64,000 nt of DNA, from NCBI GenBank assembly GCA_003971905.1, contig RSEE01000041.1, positions 1-64,000 on the forward strand, in the 5' to 3' direction. Below the pieces are notes generated by a model that did not search any database, had not been told where the DNA came from, and worked only from the letters and a program-made list of their open reading frames with translations. Below are positions 33,557 through 47,669 of this stretch, piece after piece. Within the stretch, counting starts at the first letter, position 1. Each line of letters begins with the position of its first letter. The DNA is from Moniliella sp. 'wahieum' (lineage: Eukaryota). The translations under genes were made by a program, and so were the position numbers.

Positions 33557-36500
33557 ATGCTCGCCAACGTTCGCCCCCCGTTCTCGGCGCCACCACGCCT
33601 ACCGCTTTGCTACCGGCCTCCGCATCACCTACATCCCCGCCCCATCCCCTACGCCAGCATTCTCTCCGCCATCCCACTCTCATGCCAGAACCATCAGGTC
33701 TTGCCACAGAGCAGCAGACCCTACCCCACCCACTCCATTCCCACTCCCAATCGCCGTCCCAGGCCCCATCCAAATCCCCATCCCAGGCCAGGTCCAGGCC
33801 CAGACCAGGCCCCATCCAAATCATCTTCTCAGTCCCAGTCCCACCCTCAACATTCTCCCCGCCCATCCCCCCACTCCAGCTCTGGCGAGCCCAGCGAGTC
33901 GCCCGGCGCATCGACCAACCGAGTCCGTACTCGGCGAGCTTGCGATTCGTGCCGGAGCAAGAAGACACGTTGCTTGATGCGCGATGACGAATCGTATGCG
34001 AGCAATGCAAACTCTACTCGTGCGGTACGTTTTCTGCCCTCGTATATCCTTTTATCCTCCTCAGAGGGGGAGAGGGTTGGGGACCTAATACAGTGTGGCT
34101 GACCCTTGTGTGCCGGTTACGTTGCTCTGCGTACTGCGTAGATTGCACCTTTTACCTCCCCATTTCCGAGACGCGCTTCAAACGCAAGCGCGATCGTCGC
34201 CCCGAGCCGGGCGAGGACCTGTACCACGACTGGCGAGCGAGCCAGGGCAACCCACTGAGCCTGCTGGGCCCGGAATGCTCGCCAGGGAATTTGATCCCAT
34301 CCCCGAAATCCCCGCTCCACCTGGACATCAGGATGGCAGTATGCCCCGCCAGTCACTCCCCTGCCCAGGGCGCGCTTCCCTCCCCCTTCCGCCTGCCCCG
34401 GCCAGGCATCCCCCCCCACTTCTGCCAGCTTGCCCCGACCCACATCGCCATCCCCACGCCCCTACCCCAGCCCCCTGTCCAGCCTCGGTCCATGCCCTCG
34501 GTCCAGGCCCAACCCAGACCCCGACCCCTCTCCAGCCCTCGGCTCCTGCCTCGGGCGCGCTCCTTGGCTTTCCCAGTATCGGCCCCGTCAGTGACGAGCA
34601 GGCAGACGTGGCAACGAAGGAGACTGCCGTGCTTGGCCCACGTCGATGGCATTCCTGTTGCACTCGTCGGCCTATGTACCGGAAGAAGCACTGTGTACGC
34701 TAGACCAGCAAAACGCACCAACAATTCGACTCGAACGCCCAAGGTGATGGACATGTGCGCATTGACCCCATCCCACGCCAGGTAGGGACAAGACAGGGGA
34801 AGAAGCGCGGTACGCTGTGGCTACACCTCATGTGGTGCAGAGCCAACTCTCACACGATGTGCGAGAACACTTGATCGCCTCGTACTTTGACTCGGTCGTG
34901 CCCCTGCACCCCGTCCTGAGCAAACATGATTTTGTCCAGATCCAACCTTCGCACCTGTCTTGCTCGTCTCGAGTGTCATGGCCGCCGCGGCACTGCGACG
35001 TGACGTCCCTTCTCTGTCCTCTCGGCCGCACGGACGACGGTGAATGCCTTGCTGCGCGACTCGGACGTGTTATCCAGCTGTACGTTTGAGACGCTGTACG
35101 CTATGCTCATTCTCTCGGCGCACCAGACCTACATGGCTCGTTTGCTGTGCAATGCAATACCCGGTGCTGGAACCGGGCTGGACTGGCCATCCGACTTGCC
35201 CAGGGATTGGACTGCAACCGCCACGCAGTCGACGTGCGCTGACGCGGGCCGAAGCGGCGGTACAGGCGCGCAAACGACGCTTGTGGGGCCAGGTGGTCAT
35301 GTACGATCGATGGATCTCCATCCAACTCGGTCGACCATTTGGTGTGGACTTGACTGAGTGCGATGCGCCCTTGCCTGGGCCGAGGAGGAGGCCGACGACC
35401 CCACCCTATTGCACCAAGCAAACGACGATACACTCGTGTTTGCACGGGCGCTGGTGCAAGTGACGCTGCTCCTGGGCCGGGTGCCAAGATGATCTACGGC
35501 CCGACGGGACTGATGAAGGTGACGGATGACATGGTGCGTCAGTTAGTGAGCGACTGGACCAATGGACGACGCGTTGCCCATTGGGTTGGTATGGAGAGCA
35601 CGCCCACCGCCGCGCGGGCATGCTCCACGTCTTTCATGCCGCAGCACAGATCTTACTCCACCGCGTCTTCTTCCGCTCGTCCTACGTCTGTCCCGCTCAC
35701 ATTGGCTTTACCGTCAGCCCCGACGACTGGCGCTGCTCGTGCACGGGCCAAGCTGAGCGTGCTCTTTGCAGAGACGAACGACGTGCCGCTCGACGTGTCG
35801 GGGGCGTGACTTACTCGCTTGTGGTCTGTGCGACGATGCTCTACCACAGCTGCATCACCACGCGCGACGCGGACGCCCCCACGCGCTGGTTCGTCTGCGC
35901 GAGACGCTGCACCGCATGCGCCGGCCCGAATCCCAGTGGCAAACGGTGCGCGACAGGACGGTGCAGATCGTGGGTTGCTGTGCGACCTGGCCAGACAGGC
36001 TGGCCAGCGGACCAGCACGGCCGCCTTCCTGGCCCACTCAATCCCACCTACGGCGTACGTGCCAACAACGCCATGCCGCCACCGCTGCCACTGCCGCCAC
36101 TGCCGCCAATGTCGCTACTGTGCCCGGCGGCCTCCCTGTCCCCATCAGCGACGAGACGTCAACCTTGGCTCACCCCGCTTTTCTTCGGCATCACCCTTGT
36201 CGCCCTTGCCGCCCAGCTGGCCGATGTTGTCCGTCAGCATGCCTTTCCCCGTCGTCGTGGACCCAGCGTACCAAGCACGACTCCCGCCCGCCTGGCTTCC
36301 TCCGCTTCCTCTTCTTCCACGCTACCCCACCACCCCCCGCCCCCGACGTACCCGCCCCCGCACCCACCACGACCGAATTTGCTTCCCTCGTCACGCCCGG
36401 TCCGCTCGACGCTGGTCACCCACCCCACCCCCGAGTTTGGATGCGGGTCCGACGATACGACACGCTGCGACGCCGGCTGGACCGCCCGTTCCCGTGCCCG

Positions 36501-37066
36501 TCCCCACGCCTGGCGCCCATACCTTCCCCCCTCATACGCAGGAACCGTGGACGACTGCCCTCCGCTACAGATGGACGCTTCGGGCGACTTGAACCCGTTC
36601 CTTGTTGGTACGTGCTTTCCCCTCACCCACTTTTTTTTTCTTTGGCCGTTAGACTTGAGATGGCGACCAACGTGCCACGTACGAAAGAGAATGCTAACTC
36701 CTGCTTCTCGTTCTTCTCGTTCTGCTCGTTCTTCTCGTTGAAGAAACGATGCCCAATGTGGTGGAGTATGCGCCTTGGCAGGACTGGGAGCCCAGGGTGT
36801 CCACTTCACTTGCCCCTCCTACTGCTTCTACAGCCGGACCAACCTCGTTATTGCTTGCCCATCCGCATTTGCCACACCAGGTCCCAATTTCCAATAGGAT
36901 GCACTCTCAAATTTGCTTTTCTTTCTGCTTCTGCTTCTGCTTCTACTTTCTACTTTCTGCTTTCTGCTTCCTTGGTCCTGTGTCGCACAGGAGGTACGGC
37001 GAGGGTCAGCCTCCTGATCGGTTGAACCTATCGCTAGTCCCTATAGCTTGTAGATGCACAACATGA
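33557..37066 (+). CDS. Zn(II)2Cys6 fungal transcription factor with fungal_trans middle homology region
   Basis: RTRRACDSCRSKKTRC...CEQC...(intron)DCTF; HLIASYFDSVVPLHPVL; RKRRLWGQVVMYDRWISIQLGRPFGVDLTECDAPLP; last intron from about 36609. Many frameshifts; 3' end uncertain (about 36900-37066). Confidence 0.88.
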
Positions 37067-37592
37067 TAGAGGTGAGCCATCTGTTGAAGTATTTATAGGT
37101 GTAGGGACGATGGCACCATGTAGGGTTTACCCAGCTGCCTCTTTTGCCTGTTCTCTATAAACGGTGGGATTCCTGCCCTTGTACCACCCCGGTCCTAGTC
37201 CACCTCAGCCAAAGACGCTCCACTTCCCACTTCTGCATGGTGGCGCTCGCGCCGTGCAGCCCATGCAGACGGACTGTAAGCTCGTGGCCACAGTGGAAAT
37301 ATTGTTGACAGTCTCATCTCTCAGATCTCATCTCATCGTATTGATCATCATCCATCAACTGCTTTCTTTCTTCTCCTAGTATGCACACCACACTACGACT
37401 GCACAAAATCTCTTTCTGATCCAGAATGTGCCTATAGGCTCAGAGAGAACAAAATGCGCCGAGCATTGACATTGGAGTGGCAGTGGCAGCCAGTGACATT
37501 GGCATCAAACGGGGCAGATAGAGGGGTGAATTCGGGTCCCAGATCAAATGTCAAAGCAAGAAGGACATTCTACCGGAGAACCAGAGACACAA

Positions 37593-39016
37593 TTACAGTT
37601 CGGCCTCCTGCTCATACTCCCCCTCCTCGTCCTCGAGGTACTCTTCTTCGCCATCGTCGATGCCAGCCTCGGCGTACTGCTGGTACTCGGCCACGAGGTC
37701 TTGCAAGTTGGATTCGGCCTCGGTGAACTCGAGTTCGTCCATGCCTTCCGAAGTGTACCAATGCAAAAACGCTTTGCGACGGAACATGGCCGAAATGGTC
37801 CGACACGCGCTTGAACAAATCTTGAATCGCCGTGGAATTGCCAATAAACGTCACTGCCATCTTCATCCCGCGCGGCGCAATGTCACAATGGGCGGTTTGG
37901 ACATTGTTCGGGATCCACTCGACAAAGTAGGACGCATTCTTGGCTTGTGTCGCTTGCATTTGATCTTCCACCTCTTTCATCGACACTTGCCACGGAAGTA
38001 CGCTGCCACAGTGAGGTACCGTCCCTGCCGCGGGTCCGCCGCGGCCATCATGTTTTTGCTTTCAAACATTTGCTGCGTAAGCTCAGGCACCGTCACTGCG
38101 CGGTACTGTTGACTACCACGAGCGGTGAGCGGAGCAAAGCCCACCATGAAAAAGTGCAGACGCGGGAAGGGAACCATATTGACCGCGAGCTTGCGCAGGT
38201 CCGAGTTCAGTTGGCCTGGGAAACGAAGACAGGTGGTAATGCCCGACATGACCATCGAGACCAGATGGTTCAAGTCGTCGTACCCGGGCGCGGGGAGCTT
38301 GAGCGTCCGGAAACAAATGTCATACAACGCCTCATTGTCAATGCAGAACGTCTCGTCCGAGTTCTCGACCAACTGGTGCACGGACAAGGTCGCATTGTAC
38401 GGCTCGACCACCGTGTCGGATACCTTGGGCGAAGGCAGAACCGAAACGTAGCCATCATACGGTCGGGGAACTCTTCCCGGATCTTGGAGATGAGCAGGTG
38501 CCCATCCCGGACCCCGTACCTCCACCGAGAGAGTGGGTGATTTGGAAGCCCTGCAACATGTCGCATGCCTCGGCCTCTTTGCGCACCACATCCAGCACCG
38601 AATCCACAAGCTCAGCACCCTCCGTGTAGTGGCCCTTGGCCCAATTGTTGCCAGCACCCGACTGGCCAAACACAAAGTTGTCGGGCCGGAACAGACCACC
38701 CATCTGGCCCGACCGAATCGAGTCCATCGTACCGGGCTCCAGGTCGACCAGCACGGCGCGGCACATAACGCGCGTTGCTGGCCTCGTTGCTGGGGTAGGC
38801 GGACACCAGAGTGACACGTGTCAGTGCGCGAGATGGAGGAAGGGTGGGGAGAGGGGACAACATACTAGTACACATCGATCCGCTCCAGCTGGAGGGGCGA
38901 GGTGCCGACGTAGGCGCCGGTGCCGTCGATGCCGTGTTCGTCGGAGAGGACCTCCCAGAACTTGGTGCCGATCTGGTTGCGCACTGGCCGGTCTGAACGT
39001 GGACGATCTCGCGCAT
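37593..39016 (-). CDS. TUB2: Beta-tubulin
   Basis: [12 protein letters not shown], intron 38790-38865, [54 protein letters not shown], acidic tail [15 protein letters not shown]. Several 1-nt deletions. Confidence 0.98.
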
Positions 39017-39550
39017 GGGTTCGAGGAGGCGGAGGAAGAGGAGAGGAGGAGGAGGAGGAGGAGGAGGTGGTGGTGGTGGTGGTGGCGGGGAGAAGAGAGA
39101 AGAGACCGCACACGGATCGCGGCAGGACTGGCGAACCAAAAGCCTTCGAGAAGATTGGAAGCGACGCGTGTTGGGGAGGGACGATCAGCGATCCCCACGT
39201 CACCCATCACCCCCACGCGTCCCGCCCGCCTTTTTGCCAACAGGAACAACTTCAGGGCGGACGCGTGAAACGGACGGGTGCGCCTCCTCGGCGGCCCATT
39301 CGCCTCCGTCCACCGCTCTCTGTCGAACACCACCGCCTCCGCACGGCCTCCGCCACCACCTCGCCGGCCCCCGTGCCCACCTTCCGTCCCTTGCGCGCCG
39401 TCGCGACCCCCCTCTCTCGCCTTTCTTTCGAGTATGGGTCGTGCCCCATCGGGAGCGCGGCGGCACAGCGGGGGGGCGCTGACGTAAGCCAGCGGCTAGT
39501 GGCGGCAGCGGATCGCCAGTGTTCTCGCTTCCATCTTCCGTCGGGCGGCG

Positions 39551-40110
39551 ATGGTGTTTGTGCGCGCTGGGCTCGCCGTGCTGGGCGCAGGGCGGCGTCC
39601 CCTCTGCGCGACGCGCTCGCTGCTCGCCATCCCGGTCGCCGTGCCGGTCGCCTTCCCGGTCGCCTTCCCGGTCGCCTTCCCGGTCGCCTTCCCGGTCGCC
39701 GTGCCGGTTGCTCGCCGCGCTGTGCACAGCAGTGCCCCGCGCGCCTCGGCGTTGCAGGCCCTGCCGCACATGATCACCCAGAAACCATGGAGCGCCAAGG
39801 TGATCATCCTCATGTGCCTCGCTAGCTTTGTGGGCTCGTTTCTGATGGGCTACCGCGCGAGCGAACAGTGGGTCCAAGATAATCCCACCTACGTCTTTGA
39901 GCGTCTGGTCCGCCGGGCCAGCCGTGGCCGAAGTTGCTGAGCGTCTCGCCTACGGGGACCGAGGCTGGTGCTTCCTCGGATGCTACTGCTTCGGCCGGGG
40001 AGGAACTGGACGAGGTCCAGCGCGCCAAAGCCCAATTGGCTGCGCGCAAGAAGGATTTGGGCGATCAGCTGTTGCTCGAGGCGTTGGGACCGCAGCATGG
40101 CGCGCGGTGA
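39551..40110 (+). CDS. Small hypothetical protein, probably mitochondrial single-pass membrane protein
   Basis: Arg-rich, acid-free presequence-like N-terminus ending RRAVHSSAPR, one hydrophobic segment (VIILMCLASFVGSFLMGY) and a short coiled-coil-like tail after a frameshift near 39907. Divergent from beta-tubulin. Confidence 0.55.
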
Positions 40111-40758
40111 GCTTCGTCGCTCACCATGGAGAACGTGCTCAACGTTTAGCACGCTAGGCGGATCCAACCCGCCATTCGGAAACGAAGAATACCAAGCTCG
40201 CGTTGTGCGGAATGGACAACAAGCGCGCCCGTTTGGAGCAGTGGATTGATTGGCTTTCTTTGGTCTGGGATTGGCTGGGCATTGTGAACAACCAAGGTCT
40301 AGCCGTGGCTCTCCTCTTCTCATCTCTTCCCTCTCTCTTCTCTCATCCTCTCTCTTCGTATCTACATCTGTATCCTGCTATCCTACCACATTTGTGTCCA
40401 TGAAACGTGTGTGTAATGCAGAGCCAACGCATAGGATAGGAGAAATGCCAGGAAAACAAGCAGTAGCAAAACAGGAAAGAGCAGAAAGGAAAGGGAAAGG
40501 GAAGGGCAAGGGCAAGGGAAAGGGAAAGGGCAAGGGAAACCAGAGGGAAAGAGAATGTAGGCAGGAGAAAGCAGCAAGAGCAAAGGGGAAGAAAAGTCCA
40601 GACCTGCAGGGGAGCACCAATAAGTTCGTTGGTTCGTTGGTTAATTGGATGGTTGGTGAGGTAGGATGGAGGGCCAATCAGGTGACAATCCGGCCCGCAA
40701 TGCGGACTCAGACTCGGATTGTGGGCGCACGCGCTCACATGCTCACATGCTCACATGC

Positions 40759-43700
40759 TCACATGCCCTCGGTCAAGACACGTTCGATCAAATGATTCAG
40801 GACCTCCTTCTTGGCCACCAGGGAAGTCGCGTACTTCTTCTCGAGCTGCAACCGAATTTGCTTTTTGGTTACTTGGGACAATCGGCCGTGGCCAAGATAG
40901 CGCGTACATCCGCTTCCAACATGGCGTCCGTGGGAAGTCCCGATGGAACCCCATATGCACTCTCTCGCATCGCACCGGGCGCCGCTCCCCACCCAGCTCC
41001 GGGCGTAGCGTAGCCCCCGTACCCACTGCCGTACCCGCCCGTACCCGCCGTACCCGGGCCCACCAGGCGTCATGCTCCCCGCCCCAGGCCCTGCACTCGC
41101 CAACTGGTGCACCGATCCCGTACCGTACATCGAAGCCATCTGCGCCGGCGTCGTGTACCCAGACCCGGGACCGTACCCCGCCGGACGCACGTGGCCCGAA
41201 AGGTGCGATGGAGTGTAGACAGAAGCATCGGGATCTTTCAGGTCGTTGCCGCCGTACTGCGAATGCATGTCCCACTGCGACCCGTACATGCTTCCGCCCC
41301 GCTTTTCGCGCAAAGAAGGTGCCGAAGGCGCATAGAGAGTAGGTTGCTGTGAAGCCGACGCATCGGGGTGCGTACCGCCCTGCACAATCGAGCCAATCGA
41401 ATGGTTCGACCCACGCTCCCACAGCTCATTTTCGTAATCGCTCCATGTCTTGAGCGGAATCTCAGCCGGGTCAAACGCACCTTCTTCGTGGATGACGACT
41501 TTTGACCGTCTCCCAGTCACGACACGCGTATTGCCCCATGAGAAGTCGTCCATGTGCCAAAAGGAGTAGAGGGGCAAGAAGAGCGACCAGACGGGGATAC
41601 CGACAATGTACACCGCCATCCACCCAATCATCTCAAACTTGCGGTGCAGCAGGAAAATGATCGCTTGCAGACCATAAATCGCGCACAACAGAATGATCGA
41701 GGTAAGGGGGATCGTGCCCAGGTGAGCGGCCACCTCGACAATCAGGTACACAATGTACGCCACCGTCACGGGCGCAATCACCGTTGACAGCAATCAATCA
41801 TGACAATAAAACGCATCGAGAACTGCGTCGGAGCACCCAGACAGTAAGTCAGTCACTTCGTCTGCGGAGAGCAATAACACAACAAAAGAGAATAAAAAGA
41901 AAAAAGAAGGGAACCAGAAGAATGCAATAACGTACACAGCAAAATCCGCACAAGCCCGGTGTCCAAATCAGCTCAAACAAGTTGTGTACCGTAGAGTTGA
42001 TCCAGCGACGACGTTGGGACAGCAAGACCCCCCAAGCATCGGGTGCCGTCGTCTTGCACTTGGCCGCACCGATGAATGGGTCTTGTATTGAGGGAAGTGT
42101 TTGAGAACAAGTGTGGTCAGGTACCGGTCCTCGCCCAAGTGGAGCAAGTTTTTGGTGTGCAACGTGTCCACCCGGTTCTCGCTGTACTCGTCCACCACCA
42201 CTGACGCAATGAAGAGCGGGCGGTGGGTGTCAGGCGTGCGAAGACGGAACATGGAGAAACATCCGGGCAGACAGGTAACACTGGCAAAGAGCGACTCGAA
42301 CGCTTTGGTCAGGTAATGCGAAATGTAGTATTCGTATACTTGCAGCATGGTGATAAAGCTTTGTTTGGCATTGCTCAGTGCCGTCTCGCCACAGAGCCCA
42401 ATCACCTTCTTGTCCTTGGTAAAGAAGGAAATAAAGTGAGCTAGACACATCGTATCCACCTCCGTATCGGCATCCACTTGCAACAAGTACTCGTAAAACG
42501 CGGGTTAACCCCAATCACGTTCTTGATCTGGTGGTACATTTCCAACTCCATCGGCGTCATCGGCAGACCAAAGTGGACCTTGTTAAAGAAGCGCATCAGA
42601 ATCAATTGCGAATCCCGCTTGCCTCGGTTGCCTGGGCGTGCCCGCTCAGTCGGCTTGCCACACTTGGCCACCACCAAGTAGGGCACACGTGGCCAGATGC
42701 TCGTACAGCCCGAATAGATTTTGGCCATGTTGTGTTGCTTGCTCCCTTCGCCAAGCGAAAAGTAGGAAAGCGGCTCCGGATCCACATTAGGGTTGGCCCC
42801 CAAAATGTCAAGCACGATGCGCGGCGTAGGACGGTCGTTGCCATGCCCACAATCATACCGTCACAAATGATCAGCAGCAATTTTCTCTTATCGTCATACC
42901 GCATCGCAGCAATCGAGTTGAGCGTCTTGCGAATCTCCTCGTCGCCTTCAGTGTAACAGGGTACTTGGCAAATCACAAACTTGTCCGATTCCGGCGGCGT
43001 ACGCGTCGTAGTGAACTGCAGCGCCGACAAGAACTTGAACCCAATGATCGAGACCATAAAGATGGACAGAGCAAGAAGGATGTAGTTGGCAAACTTGCAC
43101 GCCGTGTCGTTCCGATGGTCCACCTCTCCAATCAAAAAGAGGTTGCGTAGGCACACACGCTGCCGTTCCTTGATGGCCGGATCAATCTTGAGGGCATTCA
43201 GTTTCTTCGTAATGTCACCGCCCTGTGCCGACTTGAACAGAGCAACAACCGAACCATCGAGGAACGCAGCGTCCACCCATCCGGTACCTGTTGGCCCTCG
43301 GGGGCTTGGAGAACGCCTTGGTCGCCTTGGTTAACATAATCCGTAATCTCATACACCTTGTCTTCGTAAATCGCCACAATCCGCCATCGCCAACAAAGTC
43401 CTTGACGGCCGACTTGGTGTAGCCCATGAATCCAACACGCGCTTGCGACCGCATCACCCACATCTGCTCATAGTACCAATCGGGACGAGCGTCATTGGTG
43501 TGGATAGTGCGGAAGTCGTGGTACTGCATGTTGGTGTCCGTCTCATTTGTCGACGAGAGCTGGACCCAGGGGGACACGGTGCCGTCACACCGTTGCACAG
43601 CGCATTAACCTGGACAGGGAAGATAGGGGTGGCATCTTGCCCGGCGTAGCGCATCAGTTGCTTGGTCGGCACGACCGGGATCGTAGCCCGATGGTTGGTC

Positions 43701-46700
43701 GCAATTTTGGTCAGGTCAAACACTTCCCCGCGGATAGAGGTGAAGGCATGAGCCGGATTCTTGTGGCTGGCAAACTCTTGGGCATTGTACACGTGCTGCG
43801 TGGGGCAAATGACGCGACCGAGCACAGCAATAACAAACACAGCACACCCGCACGTAAACCAAATCATCAGGTTGATCGCCAACTTTTCCCGCCAGGCCAT
43901 CCGAATGTCGGGCCGTTTCATCCCGCACCAATTCAGCACAAAGCTCGGGATCCAGAACGTCAAGGCCCACGTGATAGCAACCCATTGCTTGCGCGCCGAC
44001 GTCGTCGGCACTTCCTCTGCCACGGCCCCTTCGTCCAATTTGCGCGCTACTTCGTCTCCGCCCACTGACGTCATGGGCTTTCTCCACCGGCTGCCAGGCC
44101 AGCAAACATATTGTGCGACGGCGCGTACACGTCCGACCCCATCACCGATGCGGGCGCAGCAGAGCCCGAACGGAGACTGCGAGCGTCCTCGCCAAACTGG
44201 TCTTGGGGAACAAGAAGTGTTTCGCCGTCGTGTGCATGCGCTCCGTCGCCCGGCAAGCTCCGCGGCTCCGTGTCCTGCATCTCGTGGTCGCAAACATGTC
44301 GCGTATCGTCGTTGTTGAACCGGGTCGATTCGTCCAGCAGGCCATTGGGCGAATACGGATCGACATACTCTTGTCGAGCCAGCCCTTGCTCGTCAGCCAA
44401 CACACGTTTCTCATGCGCGCGCATCTCGTCCGGATCATTAGCACGGATCTCATCCTCCAGCTCGCGGAACGCAGAAAAGGTAAGGAAGGCCTTGACACGC
44501 CCAGCGGCAGCGTGGTACTCGTCCCAATCCATCACCTCCTTGGCCGACATGAACTTCTGCTTGGCTTCACCGCCGATCGCGCCGGCCAAGTTGAGCGCGC
44601 GCAACGACGGAACATCGGCGTACCGCTCGCAAAATTCCGCATAGGTCATGCTCACGCTAAAGTCGGCCACCAATTTGCGTGCCATCTCGGCCAAGCCAAG
44701 TGAAGCCACCTGTTCCTTGAGAACCCGGCCATCGACCTGATTCGGCAGCTGACTCTCGTTGGGACGGAGACAGAACACAAACCAAGGCTTGGTTTCATTA
44801 AACGTCTCAAACAGGGTCTTGAACGCGGAGCTAAATTCGCCCAACACGCCACAGATGGCACCAGGAGCTTTGCTGTCTTTACCCGCGTTCGGCGCCTCGT
44901 AATCATCTTCCTCCTTCCTCTTCGCCCGCCCGACGCACCGTCCCACCCCGGCGCAGCGTCGCGCCGCGATTGGGACGGCGCACTGAAGGCGCCCGCGTGG
45001 GCTCAATGGACTGCTGGGCCGCCACAACGGCACGTTGGTTGCGCGGGTCGGTTTGGGTTTTGAGTACGTTGGAAGCAAACAAGGACCGAATGAACGGAGA
45101 GTTGGAACCGGGGCTGCCGCCCGAAGCGGGGGACGACTCGCTGATGCTCCGCAATGGCGCTTCGCCCGCCGAACTGCCCTTGAGCAAGCTAACAAAGTCG
45201 GGGTTGACAGCCTCGTCGTTCTTTTCCAACAGGCCCTCCGAGGTGTAGGTCACCGGGCCTGCATAGTGCGAGACGGTAAACGTAGCAAAGCCAGAGCGAC
45301 CTACGGGACCCACCTTGAAGGCCGGATGGTTGCCCCAGCGCTTGCCAAACGCATCGACCATAGTGTGGTCGTTCTTTTTGGGCATGCGCCGGGTCTGATC
45401 GTCAATAATGTGGATCAGACCGCCGGGCTGGTTGAGGAAGAGACGAAGGGATTCCGAGTTGTCAAAGTAGCTCACTTCGGGAGCAAGGTGGGCAATGCCC
45501 TCGTCAATGTACTCGTCGCGCTTGCTTTCAAAGATGGAGTTGAGGCACCAGTGGTGCAGGTACTCGTTAGCAAAGTTGACCACCAGTTGGTCGAGCGAAT
45601 TGGCGTTGCGCGCGGGCAAGTTGACAAAGCCAGGAATGTCGACCAATCCCACGTAGCAATCAAAGTTGTCGCGACTGAGTTTGGAATTGAGCTGTTCGCA
45701 CAGCCACGAAGACAACAGTCCATACAAGTTCTTGGCCAAATCGTCCCGGTTCGCCGTTGCGCCATCAGCGTCGCAGAGGATGGTGCAGACTTCATGGCGG
45801 ATCAACTTGGTTTTGTACGTCAGTGCTTCTTGCAGCGCGAGGGTCGTCACACCGAGGAAGCGAGCGGCCAAGCCAAGGGCCGCTGGTTGCGCACCGACGC
45901 AGCGTCGGCAGTACGGGAGGATTCCTGGTAAAACTCCACGTTACCCATGGAGGATGGCGGCGAGGACCTGGCAAATGTTGGCGACTTGCTTCTTGGTCAA
46001 ACCCACATTCTTAAAAGCCTGCTTGAGTTTGGCAAACTTGATCGCGTCAGCACGGAGCGTTTCGGGGTGCAAGCCGCGGCCGCCAGCCTCAAGGTAGCGG
46101 AAGGGCGCGCCCTGTTCAAATGCCATAAACTCTTCTCCTCCCCAGAGGCACCGGCAAAGAGGTAGTGCAGCACATGGAACGTCCGTTCGCCCGCCGCATG
46201 GTTGACACCAAGTTCTTCTGGAGGAAATATTCGAGCATCTTGCACCCTAGCAACTTGCCCGACTCGTGGAACTGCATCTCGCTGTACCGCGCCACCGCCG
46301 AAGCATCCGAATTGTCCGGGGTATAGTGCTTGCTGAAACTATCGAGGATGAACTCGGCGGCAGGGATCTGGAAGGCGAGCTTGCTGCCCCGCTTTCCGGG
46401 CGGGGGACGCCGAGCTCGAGGAGGGCCTTGATGGCGAGGCGGCGGATCTCTGACTTGCCGGACGCCGTCTCACCGCTGAGAAGGAGGGAAGGGGGGGAAG
46501 GTCAGTCAGTAGGGGTGCCATGCGCAACGGGGGAGTGGGGCATGGGGGGGGGGGGGGACGTACTCGATGAGCAGGCCCTGGTCCTGGCCGGTGCGGAGCA
46601 TGTAGTAGTAGGCGCGGCCGACGAGCTGGAAGATGTGGGGGGGGAGGATGCGCATGCGGCGCTCCTTGCGGGGCTCGCGGGTGTCGGCGACATACTCGCG

Positions 46701-46910
46701 GAGCGTCTCGAGGGCGTTGACGGAGGCAGAGGCGGTGGGGGCGGCAAAGGAGGCGGAGGCAGGGGCGGCGCTAAAGGGGTTGAGGGCGACGAGGACCGAG
46801 TCGCTGATGTCGGTGTAGACGAAGCCAGAGAGGAAGCGTTCGCGGACGGCGGCAGCGAGAGCGTCGCTGCTGAGGCTGGGCAGCTCGGAGAGCCGCTCGA
46901 ACGAGGCCAT
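40759..46910 (-). CDS. mcs1: Class V chitin synthase with N-terminal myosin motor domain, cytochrome b5-like domain and DEK-C tail
   Basis: Myosin: [16 protein letters not shown]-loop [41 protein letters not shown]. Chitin synthase: [84 protein letters not shown]. Confidence 0.95.
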
Positions 46911-46937
46911 GGCCAGCGGACGGGAGGGCGGGAAGGA

Positions 46938-47147
46938 GTGGTGGTGGTGGTGGTGGTGGTGTGGTGGTGGTGGTGGTGGTGGTGGTGGTGGTGGTGGTGG
47001 TGGTGGTGTGGTGGTGGGGTGGTGGTGGTGGTGGTGGTGGTGGTGGTGTGGTGGTGGTGGTGGTGGTGTGGTGGTGGTGGTGGTGGTGGTGGTGGTGGTG
47101 GTGGTGGTGGTGGTGGTGGTGGTGGTGGTGGTGGTGGGTGGTGGTGG
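46938..47147. repeat. About 210-bp (GGT)n / (ACC)n microsatellite
   Basis: Near-pure GGT run with few interruptions, starting 28 nt upstream of the chitin synthase ATG. Confidence 0.97.
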
Positions 47148-47669
47148 CGGGTTAGAAGACGCTGGTGGCGGCGGCGAAGTCAGCGGCGGAGGGGATGGGA
47201 TTGAATGCAAGGCGCAGGCGGAGCATCCAGCCGTGGCGATCGCCGCCGCCGCTTGCCACCGCCAGCGTGCACACTGGCCCCGTGCCGCGTGGCGCCGGGG
47301 CTCCGGTGGTGGGTGGTGGGTGGGCTGCTGCGCACGGGGGCAGTGTGTCCTGCGCCAACCCTACGGGGTGCTTCTACGATCCAACCCTAGGTCTGCGCCA
47401 CTGCGCCACGGCGCCACTGCGCCACCCACCGCGCTCTGGTCCCCGCCCCCGCCCCGGCGATCCAGCCAACCCTAGCTGCGCGCACGCCACGCGGCTGGAA
47501 AGCAATGCGCTCTGACAAATGTTCAATCCTCCACGTGAGGCGTTCCACCAGCAGAACTAAGCACTACGCGCTAAGCACTAAGCCTAAGCGCTAAGCCCTC
47601 GTTTCCATCCCACACCCCGTCTTTCCACGCCATTCCAATTCAAATCCATTCGCCAGTCCCTCGCCGCCA

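Noticed and set aside
37593..39016. Beta-tubulin benzimidazole-resistance substitutions or pseudogene status
   Set aside because: The [14 protein letters not shown] segment retains E198 and F200. Frameshifts match the window-wide error pattern.
46266..47475. ORFs with poly-W, poly-V, poly-G, poly-T or poly-H
   Set aside because: These are translations of the (GGT)n microsatellite and the antisense of chitin synthase.
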